Shown here in pieces: positions 26,269 through 39,486 of a stretch of DNA of 64,000 nucleotides (positions are counted from its first letter, which is position 1; the number at the start of each line of letters is the position of its first letter). The position numbers were made by a program, and so were the translations under genes. Under the pieces are notes generated by a model. It had not been told where the DNA came from. It did no database searches and was given only the letters and a program-made list of their open reading frames with translations. The DNA is from Felis catus (Eukaryota). The stretch lies in NCBI RefSeq assembly GCF_018350175.1, contig NC_058378.1, forward strand, positions 1,364,001 through 1,428,000, written 5' to 3'.

Positions 26269-27429
26269 AAGCACAGATTCTTGGTAGAAAATTGAAGGTA
26301 ATAAATGCTAAAAAGATGTAAATCTCTCTTTTAAATGACTTAACCTTTTTTCACAATTTTAAATTATCTTGTAAATGGACATTTTTCTGAAGGAGCCTCA
26401 GTATCCCAGTGCAATGTGGAGAGTGTTTCTATCCAACATTTTAAAATCTAACAGATCCAAGAGCTGCTTCTTGGAAAGACTCCAAAACTTGCAGTTTAGG
26501 AAAGACATACTTAAATCAGGTGGTAGTTAGACATTTGCTGGTCATTTATCCATGTTTGGCAGACTCCAATTGTTAAGAAAACAGTCATTTCAAATATTTG
26601 GGAATAAGCAACAGGAAGACTTTGTGCCCTTTTACAGACTCTTTTACTGCCTGGGCCTGAGAGCCCCCACTTACAGATTATTTCATATAATTCTCCAGGA
26701 GTGTGCACTCTGACTACTTAGCACTGGGTATGATATTTTGCAACTCTTTAAAGGTTCATATTGAACTTTCTTTAGAAAAGTAACAAGAGTGTAAATTATC
26801 TTTGCACAATAGCGAATCAAATGGATTTTCACCAGTTGAGACGCAACTGATTTCTGCCCATGCTTCCCCAGGGGACACCTTTATTGCCAGTAGGACATTA
26901 ACCAGTGTTGAATCCATGGATCAAATCTGATTCCAGCATTCTTTCTTTCCATGTCTGTAAGTAATTTTGTTTCTTCTACACTCCTTTGAACCAGCATTTT
27001 CCTCTAGCTGATCCCCTCATTAATGATTTAACTAAATCTTTAACACTCGGCTATATTATATTTTTAAGAGAGTCATGTTCTTTGCCTTTTGAAAGTCATA
27101 TTTTTCTCACCTGCTGCTCCTCTCTTTAAATGATAGATACGTACGGGGCCTATAGTTGGCTGCGCATTTCCACAATGCTACTTCGGGGCCCACCCCTTTT
27201 AATTACTCCTTAGGCCTCCCAGTTTTATTCCTCAATGCTACGCACCCTCGGTTACCTTCAATATCTTCAATTTCCTCAAAACTCATAATTTCTAAGTTTT
27301 TTTTTTCCTGTTAAGTTTCCCCCTAAACATTAACTCCTGCTACCTGGCCACATTTTAAGATGGATGACCTAGATTGGGCTCACAACCAAATAGGTAGGTC
27401 TTTCTCAATATATTTTTATTTTTAGGCAT

Positions 27430-27700
27430 ACTTACAAGGGTTTCCACATTTCTACATTATACACATCTTCCCTCATGTTTTCTACTACTTTGTGCCAGGC
27501 TCATTTTATTATCGTCCTGGTCCAGTTTTCTTTTTCTTTTTTTTTCCTTTTTTTCCAGGTAAATCTCTAAATCCATTTGGAATTCATTTTTGTCATAGTG
27601 AGAGAAAAATAGGTTCAATAATGTCATTTCCTTGTTTTTCCTCGCTTATCCCAACACCAAGTGTCAGCAGCCCAGCCTGCCCCATGAGCTGAGTCACACA
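27430..27700 (-). mobile_element. Very old L1 (L1ME-like) ORF2 fragment
   Basis: AAATCTCTAAATCCATTTGGAATTCATTTTTGT...TTATCCCAACACCA antisense L1 signature. Confidence 0.5.
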
Positions 27701-28452
27701 CCGTGATGGCTGACCGCCACGCACCCCACGGGAGGCACTTCCTGTTCACCAGCGTCCGAGCCACATCCTGTCGCAGGAGAAGGCGGTGCACCCAGGGAAG
27801 TCCCGCTCAGTGATGGACTTGCATAGATGCATGCATAATACGAGTTTATAGTCATTCTGGTTTACGTTTTCAGAGGAAGATGTTGTTGTAAGTGGGGAAA
27901 ATGGCCTCATACTTCCTACCTCGGATCAAGATTCCCACGGTGTCCGTTAGTAAACAGGAAGGTACTGGATGTGAATGGAGGGACAGCAGAGGAAAATGGA
28001 GAGCTGGAAAGATATTTAGCTCAGGTACGGAGAAGCCTGGAGAAATGAGAAATGCCTCTGCCATCCATGTGATCACACACTCTGGTGACCAGTTTGACCA
28101 TATGGCCCACATTCAACATCCAGCCCTAATCACTGCTGCCCTGCTTCATGCTGTGGTGCCCCCAGTGCATATAGTGGTTCCGTAGATGAATTAATCTCAC
28201 AGATTGAGGTATAACTATTCCAGCATGTAGCTCTTCCCTCACCATTATCTCTACATTGATTTAATTGACTGAACTCATGGAAGCCAATATTTTTTCCATT
28301 AAAGCATTTCACAATCTGCTGTGCTCTGCTTACAGTGGGGACTTAAAATAAACTGTTGCATTCAAAGCCAGCTCTCAAAGACGGCTATGAACAACTGGAT
28401 TCAGTGCATCCAAGCCAAAACCCATATATCTTCATTTTAAAAGAAAAAAGAA

Positions 28453-28499
28453 TTATTTTGTTTTGCAGAGAGAGAGAGAGAGAGAGAGCAGTGGACTGG

Positions 28500-28541
<42 letters not shown>

Positions 28542-28664
28542 CCCATGCAGGCTCCACGCTCGGCACAGAGCCCAACTTAGGGTTCAATGCCACGGCCCTG
28601 GGATCGTGACCTGAGCTGAAATCAATAGTCAGACGCTCAACCAACTGAGCCACTCAGGTGCCCC
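28453..28664 (-). mobile_element. CanSINE with expanded (GA)n
   Basis: Ends GAGCCACTCAGGTGCCCC on +; TSD-like TATCTYCATT. Confidence 0.92.
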
Positions 28665-30552
28665 TATCTCCATTCTTAATGAGTACTATGCATAATTGTG
28701 CTTACTCTCAGTACCTCAAGGTTTCTTCTGTCTTCCAAGATTTCAGTTCTAGACCACTGCTATAATTTATCGAATTCTCCGATCAGCACTAAAGCTAAGG
28801 AAGCAGCTGTTTCATTTGCCCTTAAACTAGGTCACAACCAGGTTAAGTCCTAGGTTTAAGGAAGGTGAAGTTTTTAAACCATAGTTTTGGATAAGGGCAA
28901 GTTTTTCAATCCAAATGGTAAACTGGATTTTGTTGTTGTGTGTTTACCATCTCTCACTGGGCAGAAACCATGTATAACAGTAGGTCACAGTTACAGACCA
29001 GGACTAAGCACCTGGGCGTTCAGTCCACATGGGAGGTCGGGGTTTCGGTGCACAGACCACAGCAGAGTCCTGGGGTCAGACTGAAGAGGGGACACGATAT
29101 TTGAGCCGTGGAATGGCACTGGAGCCGGCAGTGGCTCTCAATCCCAGAGCCCAGACCGCTGCCTTCTACCCTGGCTTTGAGCGGCCACGTCATGTGGTGG
29201 GAGAAGCCCTCACTGGCTCGCTCTATTCTCCTCAGTGAGGCCGGGATCTCTGAATCTCTCTGCAGACCCTCAAATTTCCGGCAGATTTTTTGGCATTGTC
29301 TCCAAATCTCCAGCTTCTACAAATGCCCCTCAGCAGTGCAGCGTCCTTCAAACAGGCGGATGGTTGGCGGGAGTTTCTGTCATTTTCGGGAAGTAGAACC
29401 AATAATACGCCACCCGTTCAATAACTAATAATATCTCCCATAAGCTCTTTCTTTATGTGACCCAGATTATAATTCTCTAAAATTAGTCTCTTCTCTGAAC
29501 ACGTGAGACCATTTTTGTGAAAAATAGTGTATAGAAATTGTTACCACCTTGACCTTAGACCACAAAACAAAACTATTCTTTTGGTTAGAGCCATTCATGA
29601 GAGTAGAATTATGAGGAAACATTCGATCAGAAGACTGAGAGCCACCAAAGGGCATGGGCCCAATGAGTTCTTAGTTTACTTTGAGCCCAGTATTCTTAGA
29701 TTTCAGGATTTAGGACTTGATTTTTCTATTTATATTCTCATATCTCTTTAGTAGGCTATATTTTTCATACGTATGCACACCTTCCCAAAGTGGGACCAAA
29801 TAAGATGTCGGTCTCCCTTTCTGTGTCTACCTCCAGTATTGACCAGATAATTCAATCAGGGAAGACAACATGCCTCTGTTTTCAGCTGAGCTATTTTCTT
29901 TTTGATGACTTTGGTCCTGCAGACCCTAAACAAATCCCCTCTGCTTCTTAGCGGTTGCTTTGCTTTCCTTCTATTTGCTTCATTACGTTCTTGAATTGAT
30001 TTCTTTTGTCTTGGGTACATTCCGCTCTGGTCTTTTATTTCTCAGAAATAGTCAAGCAGGTGACAAGTGTAAAAGGAAGAAGAGAATTGATACCTATTTC
30101 CTTTGTTTCGGAGTTTACCCCCCACTCTTCTCCCACTGCATCTGACGGTAAAATTATTCACTTCGACTCCCGTGTTAGGATTGACAGTATTTAGGAAAAT
30201 GGTGGTTTTCCTGCAGGTCTCTTGTTTGGGCTGAAGAGGAACTCACAAATCTGTTTTCACTGCTCATTTTGTCCTCTTGTTGATGACACTATGAAGGTGA
30301 GCGTGTTCCGTTTGTTGAAGCTGAAATTCAAACTCGAATGAAGGCAGTACATACTCTTACTTTGAGACAAACCCGCCACTCTTCTAACTAGATAGTTGGT
30401 CCTTAACATGGAAAAATTCGGGAGTGAAGGCCTCAGTGTCCCTTGATTTTGCCAGAACTGGTCAGGAATGAATTCAACTATCAACCTTCCAGCAGATTTT
30501 TGGTAAGCACAAATTCAGCACCTGATAGTCTCCTGTGGGGCTTGGTATTATT

Positions 30553-30755
30553 CTGTGGTTAGATTCTGGGATCTGGAGCTAAACACGTGCTCTGCCATTT
30601 ACTAACTTTGGACCTTGAGTAGCTGGACTTCAACTGCCTCAGTTTCTTACGATGTAAGAACTGTAACCCTGCACCACAGGGTTAAATAAGATAATGCGTA
30701 TCAATCATTTCGAATAGTTTCTAACACATGCTAATCGCAAAATAAAAGTGAATTA
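30553..30755 (+). mobile_element. MIR
   Basis: GTGGTTAGA...CTGGAGCTAAAC...GCTCTGCCATTTACTAACT...GCCTCAGTTTCTT...TAAATAAGATAATGC. Confidence 0.75.
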
Positions 30756-31409
30756 TGAAGCTATATACTGGAAAACATGGTAGGTATGTGACAGCCCGAA
30801 GTTTCTTCAAACATGATGTCTCTTGAGCATTAAGAGCTTAAGAAAAATAAGCTTACCTGAACATCGTAGGTGGCATCAGCAGGGCAGTCTTGGATTTTTG
30901 CCCAAGCCCTATCTTTCTCTTTTCCTCTGCCTACCTCTCCAAGGAATTGCAATTTATGCGAATTTTGTTAAAACTTACATTGGACGCGAGACAACTTAAA
31001 TCTCCCGAGTAGCTGTTTGTCCTCTCCGAGGTTCTCCTCTGACTTGCATGCTAAGTCTTTATCTCTGTTCCTTTCTCTCAAGAACAATTCTTTCTGAAGC
31101 CTCCTTCCCACAGTCTGGACCAGAGCGAGTCACGTTTTGTTCTCAGACGGCAGACCTGCTTAGCAAGTCAAAATCTCTGCAAATAACCTGCTACTTTCTC
31201 TTGTTCCACAAGCTGGGCCCAGGAAGGCATATACCCACAGGAAGGCAAACAGCGATGTGTGAGGGAAGCAATCATGTGCCCTGAGACCTCAGAGGTGGAG
31301 TGATTTCTCTAGCTGGGGATGGCGGAGGGTAGGTTCACAAAGTAAACTGCACTTGTGGGGTGTGCAGTGAAGGGCTCACTCAGCAGGCATGGGGGGTGGG
31401 ACCCTGCAC

Positions 31410-31648
31410 ACTCCAGCAGATGTCTGGCCCTCCACCAGCTTCTGGGAGATAGTCTCTAAGCTGTTGGAACATGCTGCCTGATGAAAGTCTTTTCCCTGGG
31501 ACAGAAAACAAGGACCCTGCACTATGTGCCTTTTTTTTACAGGGTTTCCTCTGGACTCTTTCATTTCAAAAAAACTGTGGCCATGAGCAGAACAGCTTTT
31601 CTGAGTTCTGCATGTCTGTCTTGGGTGGTCTTGAGGACACCAATAACA
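31410..31648 (+). mobile_element. MER21-like LTR fragment
   Basis: TTCTGGGAGATAGTCTCTAAGCTGTTGGAA...AAACTGTGGCCATGAGCAGAACAGCTTTTCTGAGTTCTG...GGGTGGTCTTGAGGACACC. Confidence 0.45.
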
Positions 31649-32220
31649 ACATTTCGCTTGGACTTTCAGTTGGACCTCAAAGAATGAATGTAATTTCAGG
31701 AATGTTGAGATAAGTTGAGCAGAGGATAGAAACAGTGTAACAGGAGCAGAGGTTATCAGGAGGATATCAGAAGAATTTAGGAATATAGGCAAACACTGCA
31801 CCACATAGAGGGATCAGTGAACAGTTCAGCCAGACATTTATTTTAAGTCACCACATTATCTCCAGAGGCTTAGTAGCGGAGACATAAGATTCAGTGAAAC
31901 GAAGTAAATCAAGAACAATACAAGGCAATGAATAGGCACCAAGTGGACTGAGCTACCAGAGTCCAGGAAGCTGTGGTCAGCGTGAAGGAGTGTGATCTGA
32001 AAAGCCTTCATGAAGATTTTGGGTGTTCTGGAAAGATGCCGTTGGGCTGTCGCAGATTAACTCTGAAAGCACTCTTCTCAGCCTTGTTTCAACATATACT
32101 ATAAATGAAATAAATCATTATTAATTCAGGTGGGCAAAGTATACAAGAAAAGTCTTTAGTCTTTAGTCAGTGTTGTCTCTGATACCACTGTTTGAACTAA
32201 AATGATACTTTGTAAAAACA

Positions 32221-32872
32221 CATTCAATCCTTAGTATTCAGAAGTTCTGTATTTGCAAAATGGCCTACTCACTAAAATTTATTTGCAACTCCAAAGTTAT
32301 ACTCATGGTGCTTTCTTGGTTGTTTGCAAACAGGTGCAGAGCAGGGAAACATTTGAGTCAGCCACTACTCACACTCCCAGAGGAGGCAGAAGAAGTTGAC
32401 CTTCTGCCTTCTTGTTTCAGCTCTCACACTGCAGACAAGTGTCCTTCTCATGGTCTATGTAGTGCCATATTTTTCACATGTTTGTTCTTTGACAGGTGAT
32501 TCTGCCGTTTAACATCACCCTGAGTGTAGTGCTTAAGTGCTGGCTGGTGTTCCCAAGTGCAAGGAAGCTGTGATGTTGCTTACAGAGAAAGTGTGTGTGT
32601 GGGACAAGCTTCATTCAGGCCAAAGTAATAGCCCACTGGCCATGAGTTCAATGTTAATGACTCAACAATGTGTATTAAAGAAGTTACCTTTAAACAGCAA
32701 CATACATTAAGACATGGTTATGTATTGATCAGTTCACAAAAATGCCATAACAAAGGCTAACAGGAACCTAACCCTGTATTTCTCCTAAAAACAATGGTTC
32801 GGCGGTCACTCATTCAGTGTTTGTGGTGACTTTATAAATAATCTAATTTTCACAAATAATAAGAATTGACTA
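32221..32872 (+). mobile_element. MER82 (TcMar-Tigger non-autonomous DNA transposon), about full length
   Basis: Ends CATTCAATCCTTAGTATTC...AATAATAAGAATTGACTA form decayed TIRs; internal TCTGCCTTCTTGTTTCAGCTCTCA and CAGGAACCTAACCCTGTATTT; ~650 bp. Confidence 0.88.
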
Positions 32873-32925
32873 TAGTTAAAATACCGTCTTCTGCAAGAAG
32901 TAATCACGAGAGGCTAGGCTATACT

Positions 32926-32973
32926 TAAACTCATGTATAAGTATAAACTCATGTTTAAGTATAAACTCATGTT
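32926..32973. repeat. 18-bp tandem repeat, ~2.7 copies
   Basis: TAAACTCATGTWTAAGTA units. Confidence 0.9.
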
Positions 32974-33502
32974 ATTAACTATCCTTCTTTTATATTCTAA
33001 CTACTGGAACAGAAAAAAATTTACTAACCAATAAAATTTATACTTTACAATTCACTTAAATTTTCTTTACTTAAAATTGTACATAAGGAACATTTTGTGC
33101 AGCTTGCAAGCAACAAGGAAACCAGAATAATTTCTGTGTCCTGAAGAATTCTGCAGTTTAGTTCTGGCAAATTAGGTAAGCTGGAAGACCTCAGGCAGCT
33201 ATTGGCTAGAACTTTCCATCACAAACAGGAAAGCACTTGGCATTTTTTAGGCACACTGGAGGAATAGAAACTTCTTTAACCAAGTCTTTTTGCAAATTAT
33301 CTCCATTAAAAGGAGCGTTTTTATGCTTTTGGAGGTAAATATTTCCCTTTTTTAGTGGATATTTATCATCATTTACACAACACAACTCAAAGGTGATCCT
33401 GAATCACAAACAAAGCCCCTAAGGCTAGCCTACAGGGGACTCATTTGCACAAAAGGGCTGCCACCTCACCTTGCATAGCACAGCTCAGTACCGAAGGAAA
33501 GA

Positions 33503-33725
33503 AGCAGTGTAGCAGGTGGTTAAGAGGATGAGCCTTCCTGTCAGACTTACTAGGTTTAACCTTGGCCCTTCCTAGCTATGACCTTACGTCACTAATAGGC
33601 TCTAGATCTCAGTTTCCCAGCTTGTCAGCCAGGATTGCAACATTTATTTTGCACAGCTGTAAAAATTAAATTCTACATAAAGTATACTCAGTACAGCCAC
33701 ATAAACCCTCAACAAGTGCTTGCCG
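33503..33725 (+). mobile_element. MIR
   Basis: GCAGTGTAGCAGGTGGTTAAGAG...CTAGCTATGACCTT...CTCAGTTTCCC. Confidence 0.7.
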
Positions 33726-34342
33726 CTGGTATTCTCGTTTGGCTCCAGCTGTTCCTGAATGGGAGGGTCAACTTGGCAGGGAAGATCATCAGGTTTCTTT
33801 TAAAAACCCGGAAATTTAAGTTGTAGGGAAACTTTAGCGAATACAATATACCTGGTAGGTCAGTGGGCCCACAAACCGGTAATTAGCAACAGCTCCTTTA
33901 TAGATAAGGAGAGCCCTTCCGATGCAGTAACACTACGCTAAACGTCTAAAGTTAACTTGTACAGTTCACCTCCTCCTCAAGGAGGAGATGTTTAATCACA
34001 TCCACTGTATTTTGTTGATTTAATAGGAATAAGGAAATAAGTAAGAATTATGAGGAAAACCCACCATCTGAAAGGCCAAAACATTTTCTTCTTGTGAAAC
34101 CACTCTAAAGGTATTCTGCTTTAGCTGAATCACCGGGAAGAAGTCTAATTCCCTCCCTGTCTGCCTTCTTGGGGACACTATTCATATGAATCACAACTTT
34201 ACATAAGTGGACAGCCCTCACCCACCTGTGGAAACTGTAGAAGACAAGAAGTCAAACAACTATCAAGGTACGGTCTTATAAGAACACATTTTTTATTACT
34301 TTGGCAAATTTCAAATATGGAGGCAAGGGCGGTTGTATCGGA

Positions 34343-34787
34343 TGTTAGTGAGATCTTCAAGTTTGTTAGCCAGTGGAATCTGAAACCACGAAGAAGGAGG
34401 AGGAGGAAGGGAAAGCTTTGAACAAGCCAAGCCAAATGTGTTAATCTTGCTGCATTACTGCAGTAGGAGAAAATTACCTGGATAGGGTCTCAGGGGCATC
34501 CCAGAAAGAAAACATCCCGGAAGGATATTTATAAAACTGCAAAGCCAGAGCTTGGTGATTTTCAGGCAGGTGTTTCAAGACAGAGAATGGGGTAGGACTG
34601 TGCAGTTCGTAATAGTTCTACATCAGCTGGCACCGTGGGCAAGTGTTTTGAAGCGGTTCTCGATAAGCAACCAATTAGTCCTCGTAAATAAGCTACTTCA
34701 GTTGGTTTCAGTCTTGTCTTCCAGGAGCAAGTATTTTCTGGGTCTGGTAGCTCAGCCGATTTTTCTTGTTTTCAATATTATTTAACA
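34343..34787 (-). mobile_element. Solo LTR, MER110-like (ERV1 group)
   Basis: TGTTA...TAACA termini, 445 bp; reverse strand TGTTAAATAATATTGAAAACAAG...AATACTTGCTCCTGGAAGACAAGACTG. Confidence 0.45.
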
Positions 34788-34847
34788 TATAGATGGAAAA
34801 GCGTGGCCTGTCCGCGTATCGTCCAACACAGAGACAGGAAATTAGGT

Positions 34848-34855
34848 TGACGTCA
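34848..34855. promoter_or_regulatory. Full palindromic CRE (TGACGTCA)
   Basis: Motif present; function untested. Confidence 0.3.
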
Positions 34856-35913
34856 GTTTTCAAGTCGCACAGTTAGAAAGGGCAGGCTTTTATTTTAAGC
34901 TCAGATTTTTCTTCCTACAAATTCTCTTAAGGTGAACCATTTTTCCTGAGGCACGTACTGTTATATCTAGTTACTGAATCCTAGGACAACAATCACTTCT
35001 GCTATTGCATTTTTAAATGAGTTGTACGGTGAAATGCTTATTGGAAAATCGGTCTAGTGAACCGTCTGTGCAGTGTGAGCAAATAAACCTGGCTGTAAAG
35101 AAAGAGCGAATCGTGGCATAAATAGTCAGTCAAAAAGCATGCACTTTTAAAAAGAGAGAGAGAAATAGCCAACTTCCATGAACCACTGTCTGCCAGTGAG
35201 GAGAAAGAATAGGAATCACCTGCCCCACTTGATATTTCAGTGCTGATCAGATGTTACTTCCACGTTTTTCCATCTTAAGTCTGGCCGAGTGGGTGGAACT
35301 GAATTAAGCAAATAAATATCCACTCGCACAACTTTTCTGTTTGGAGGGCGTTAGCCTCGTGTTCTGGGATTTCAAGCAAACTATTCACGCTTTCGTCAGT
35401 CATGCTCACAGCAAAACATTGGTTTATATGCACAGCTTTATTTCTTAAAAAGCTATTGCCTGCTACTCGGTAAACACTTGATATTTATATACAGAATAGT
35501 AACCGATGACCTTATTATACCTACAAGGCTATAATTCACTTCAAAGTTTTCTGCTGAATTTATAAATACCAAGAACATCTTTTGAGTGCTTTCACACTGG
35601 TTTTAAAATCCTGAAGCTAAATTTAGAGGGCTGGAATATTTGCTTTATGTACATCTATCTGTTCCCCCCAACTGTAAGCATTAAAATGCTGTACATATAC
35701 ATAAAAGTTGTCATCCGAGTCTTTAAATATTTGTACTAAAAGGAAGGAAAGGAGTTTCTAGTGTAAATTTTAAAAGACTGTAGAATCACTTTTCTGTGGC
35801 TGGAAGGGAAGACCAGTGGAAGAAAATTATCTTTTGAATCCTTAAAATTATATTGGTCAAATGATGGAACCCGAACGCCCGAGTGAGGGTCATTTCCTCC
35901 TGTGGCTGCGGGC

Positions 35914-35925
35914 AGTGACGTCACT
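35914..35925. promoter_or_regulatory. CRE within 12-bp palindrome AGTGACGTCACT
   Basis: Motif present in GC/CpG-richer segment; function untested. Confidence 0.35.
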
Positions 35926-36249
35926 AGACCTCAGGGGCCACAGGAACCACAGGCTGGCTTCCGCCCAGGCTTCTGCGGCTCACAGGTCTGCCCTCGGCTT
36001 GCTGTTGGCTCACTGCACTGCATCTACATGCTGGGAACACAGTTATCAGGGGCTCTGGAGAGTCAGACCTCACAGAAAGGCCTGGGACGCACTGGCCTTG
36101 CTCAAAGGCCCTCCCAGAACAGCGATCTGCAGCCAAGCCTGGAACGCCCAGATACCCGTGCAGCCCCCGGTGGGGCAGGTATAGATGTGAGTAGGCGGAG
36201 GGTCAGCTTCGGAGAAGGGACAGATGCTCTGTCAACAATATCAGAAATA

Positions 36250-36292
36250 TTTTTTAAGTTTATTTTATTTATTTTGAGAGAGTGGAGGAGGA

Positions 36293-36339
<47 letters not shown>

Positions 36340-36464
36340 ATCCCAAGCAGGCTCCATGCTCAGCGCCGAGCCTGACGTGGGGCCTTGATCCCGTGACCAT
36401 GAGATGACGACTTGAACCATATCTAGAGGCCCCCGCTTAACGGACTGAGCCACCCTGGCACCCC
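36250..36464 (-). mobile_element. CanSINE with (GA)n expansion
   Basis: Ends GAGCCACCCTGGCACCCC; TSD-like AACRRTATCAGAAATA. Confidence 0.93.
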
Positions 36465-36534
36465 AACGGTATCAGAAATACTGTTTTCGTCTCATCTGGA
36501 AAACACAACCCGCATTCTTCTCTGATGCCTGCAT

Positions 36535-36700
36535 CGGTTATACAGTGTTGGTTACAGTAACAGAAGACTTGACTCAAACGGGCTTGAATGGTATTGATAG
36601 AGATAAATAGAGACAGCATACGGGAAAAACTCAGAGGAACCTCTGGTGTGATCCACGATTCAGCGATGTTCCTATGAGCTCGGTTACTCCGGGCCCCTCT
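36535..36700 (-). mobile_element. Old MLT1 (K/L-like) LTR fragment
   Basis: TTGGTTACAGTAACAGAAGACTTGACTCAAACGGGCTTGA resembles antisense MLT1 3' end. Confidence 0.4.
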
Positions 36701-38048
36701 GCTGTGCGTCTGCAAAGTCAGTTTCAGCCAGAGGAAGGCTGAGCCGGTGAACGCACGGCCGTGTGCCTTGTAAGCTGTGCTATACGCTCTCGGACACAGA
36801 AACCTTTGCACCACTATGCCCACCAAAAGCCCTACTATTCACTCTTACTTGAACAGTTTAGACTCGTATCTTCCCCAGAAGTAGCCAGGGGCAGACTTGG
36901 CCAGGAAACTGGAATGATCTATTTGGTGTGTCCCCTACTTTTGGAGTCTGGAATGGGGCCAGATGAATAACTAGCATAAGTTGGGGGCCCCTGGGAACAG
37001 GCAGGGAGAAAATTCTTGCCAGAAACTCACCTAGACCATCGGCCACATGTCCATCCCCATATGGTTCTTTTTAAGTTTTTCCATTGCTACTTTATGTTAT
37101 TGAAATGGAAGATACCAAATTTAACCAAATTCATCACTGTTAGGGCTAAAAATGTAATTCATTCTTTCTTCCTTCCAGGGAACCAAACAGTAGTGAAATG
37201 CTGGGTTTGACGACCAAATGTCTAATATTTCAAGGAAAACTCTTAAGTTTCAATTAGAAATCGTAGTTTAGATGTGAGACTAAGTTATTCCTCCCCTCTC
37301 TTTCCTGTTCTGAATCCTTGGGAAGGCACCTTTGAATATTCCTGGGAGAGACCCCCCCCTTCCCAGATGGCACCTGACTCCCTGGGAGTCTGAGGACCAC
37401 AGCCCGCCTCGCCTCCGGAGGCTGCAGGGGACAGGAGGAGTCGGGAAGAACGAGCAAGTGCTCCAAGAAGCCCTGACTTACAGCACAGCGACCTGTCCCA
37501 GGTGCCACTCAGGGACCAACCAGAGCATCCTCTCCCTTCAAAGGGACAGGAGTAAAGCAACGACTCCTCATGCCTCCTTTGCACGAGGACAGAAGGCAGA
37601 AAGCTCCTCTGCTCAAGATTTCAGTGAGGAAAGAGACAACTTCCACAAACTGTCATTGTGTCACTGCTTTAAGTAACACCTTTCCTGCTGGTAGGAGATG
37701 TGATTATCTAATTAGATACCTTTCTGTTGCATCCCCCGTGCGTGGTGCATATCTACACCCACCTGGGACTTCTGTCTCTTCCATGACCGAGTTAGAACAC
37801 GGGGAATGGAGGAGGGGAGAAAGCAGATCAATAACTGAGCCCACCGCATTGGGACCTTCGCTGGAGCTAGAGTAGCGAGATGGGAATCAGGCAGAAACAA
37901 ATTACTCAACCAGTTTACTTACTGTATTGATTACACGATGATAAACACATGCACATGTTCATTACAGACAGTTATTCCTAAGGCCTGAGAGTTTATTGAT
38001 CCATTTGAGAGTGAAAACTTTGCCTAAAAGACTTTAAGTTCTTTTCCT

Positions 38049-38050
<2 letters not shown>

Positions 38051-38088
<38 letters not shown>
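38051..38088. repeat. Poly-T (38 nt)
   Basis: Direct read. Confidence 0.95.
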
Positions 38089-38090
<2 letters not shown>

Positions 38091-39486
38091 CTTTCTTAGA
38101 TGTAATCCATCAGTAAAACCCACTTTATGTGCAGTGGGATCATGGTGCTCGGTAAAGAAATAAACAGAAAGTAAAACTTTGACCCAATTCCTGAAAATAC
38201 AATTCAGCCCCTTTTCACCTCTCCTGCCATTATTCAGGATTGATTGATTGATTGATTGGTAAAGAGATCTGACTCCTCGTCAGAGGCAAGAAAGCTAGTC
38301 TCACACCAATAAGCAGTCATTGTATAAACCAAGACTGATCCCCGGAGGCTTTATAAAAGTGTATTTTCTTCATGCTCCCCCCTAGTGGAATTTCCTGACC
38401 TTACTATGGACTGCAGTATTTCGTTTCCGAGATGCCTGATGGAAAGGAGGAAGCAAGGACGCACAGGACACATGGTGGTTTTGCTCTTGCCTAGATTAAG
38501 CGCTAGAGTCAAAAATATTACAAAGCAAAGACTCACAGGACAACTCAGGTTTTTAAACGTAGATCGGGTGGTCAAGAATAAAGGCCAGGTGTTACATGGT
38601 TCCAGTCACATTGGGTCGAGCTTCCAGGGAACGGAAGGTCTTCAGTAGATGTTGGAAGAATCATTTCAGGACCAGCTCCCACGTAGCTCAGAGGGGCCTC
38701 TGTTTTGCCCCCCTTTCGCCACCATGTTGTTTTCTGATTTCAGCGAAAGTCCTCTAAGGGTAATGTTCCTCTTCCGCTTAGTATGTGGTCGGAGGTATCT
38801 CACTGGCCCATCCAGTAGGTCTCTAACTATTCTCAGAGGTAGACCTCACTAGGTCTGTCATGGAAGCTTGAAGCTTTATAGTCCAGATGATTTTTTTCTC
38901 GGGAAATTCACGAGTGCCCATGACTGGACTACGGTTTCAAGTATTCCAATTTAATACCACGTATTAAAAAGCAAGTTGATATCAACAGTTGAAAGAGAAA
39001 ATTACAATTTTCCTTTAAGGAAAGGAATATCAGTTGTCCCTGTGTGAATTTCTTCTTTTACAGGGGAAAAAGAAAATAAGATTTTGGCATTTGATTTCTA
39101 ACAAGATGCCACATCTTGCCACCTCAGGTAAGCAAATTAAATGACTCCTTGCCTACACTGTGTTTATTTATTTTGTTTTGTGGATATCTGTGTTAGTCAG
39201 TCACTGTATGGTAATTATTCTAATTACCAAGTATATTCTAAGAACATAAATCTCATTACTTGGTGGTCATGATGGTAAATCTAGGTACTTCTGTATTTAA
39301 CAGGTATGTCAATTCAGGCCCATGCAGTTATGATTGGAGTGTTATTAAATATTAATAGTCACATGGAAGTCTCATTCTAAAATAGAATTGGAAATGAACT
39401 TGGGCAGAAAAGTTAATGTCTCTACCTTTCTTCTGATTTCCGCTCAAGTTTATTAATGGACCATGGCATTGAATAGATGTATGTTT

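Noticed and set aside
32926-32973. Short direct repeats as a CRISPR-like array
   Set aside because: Head-to-tail minisatellite without spacers, in mammalian DNA
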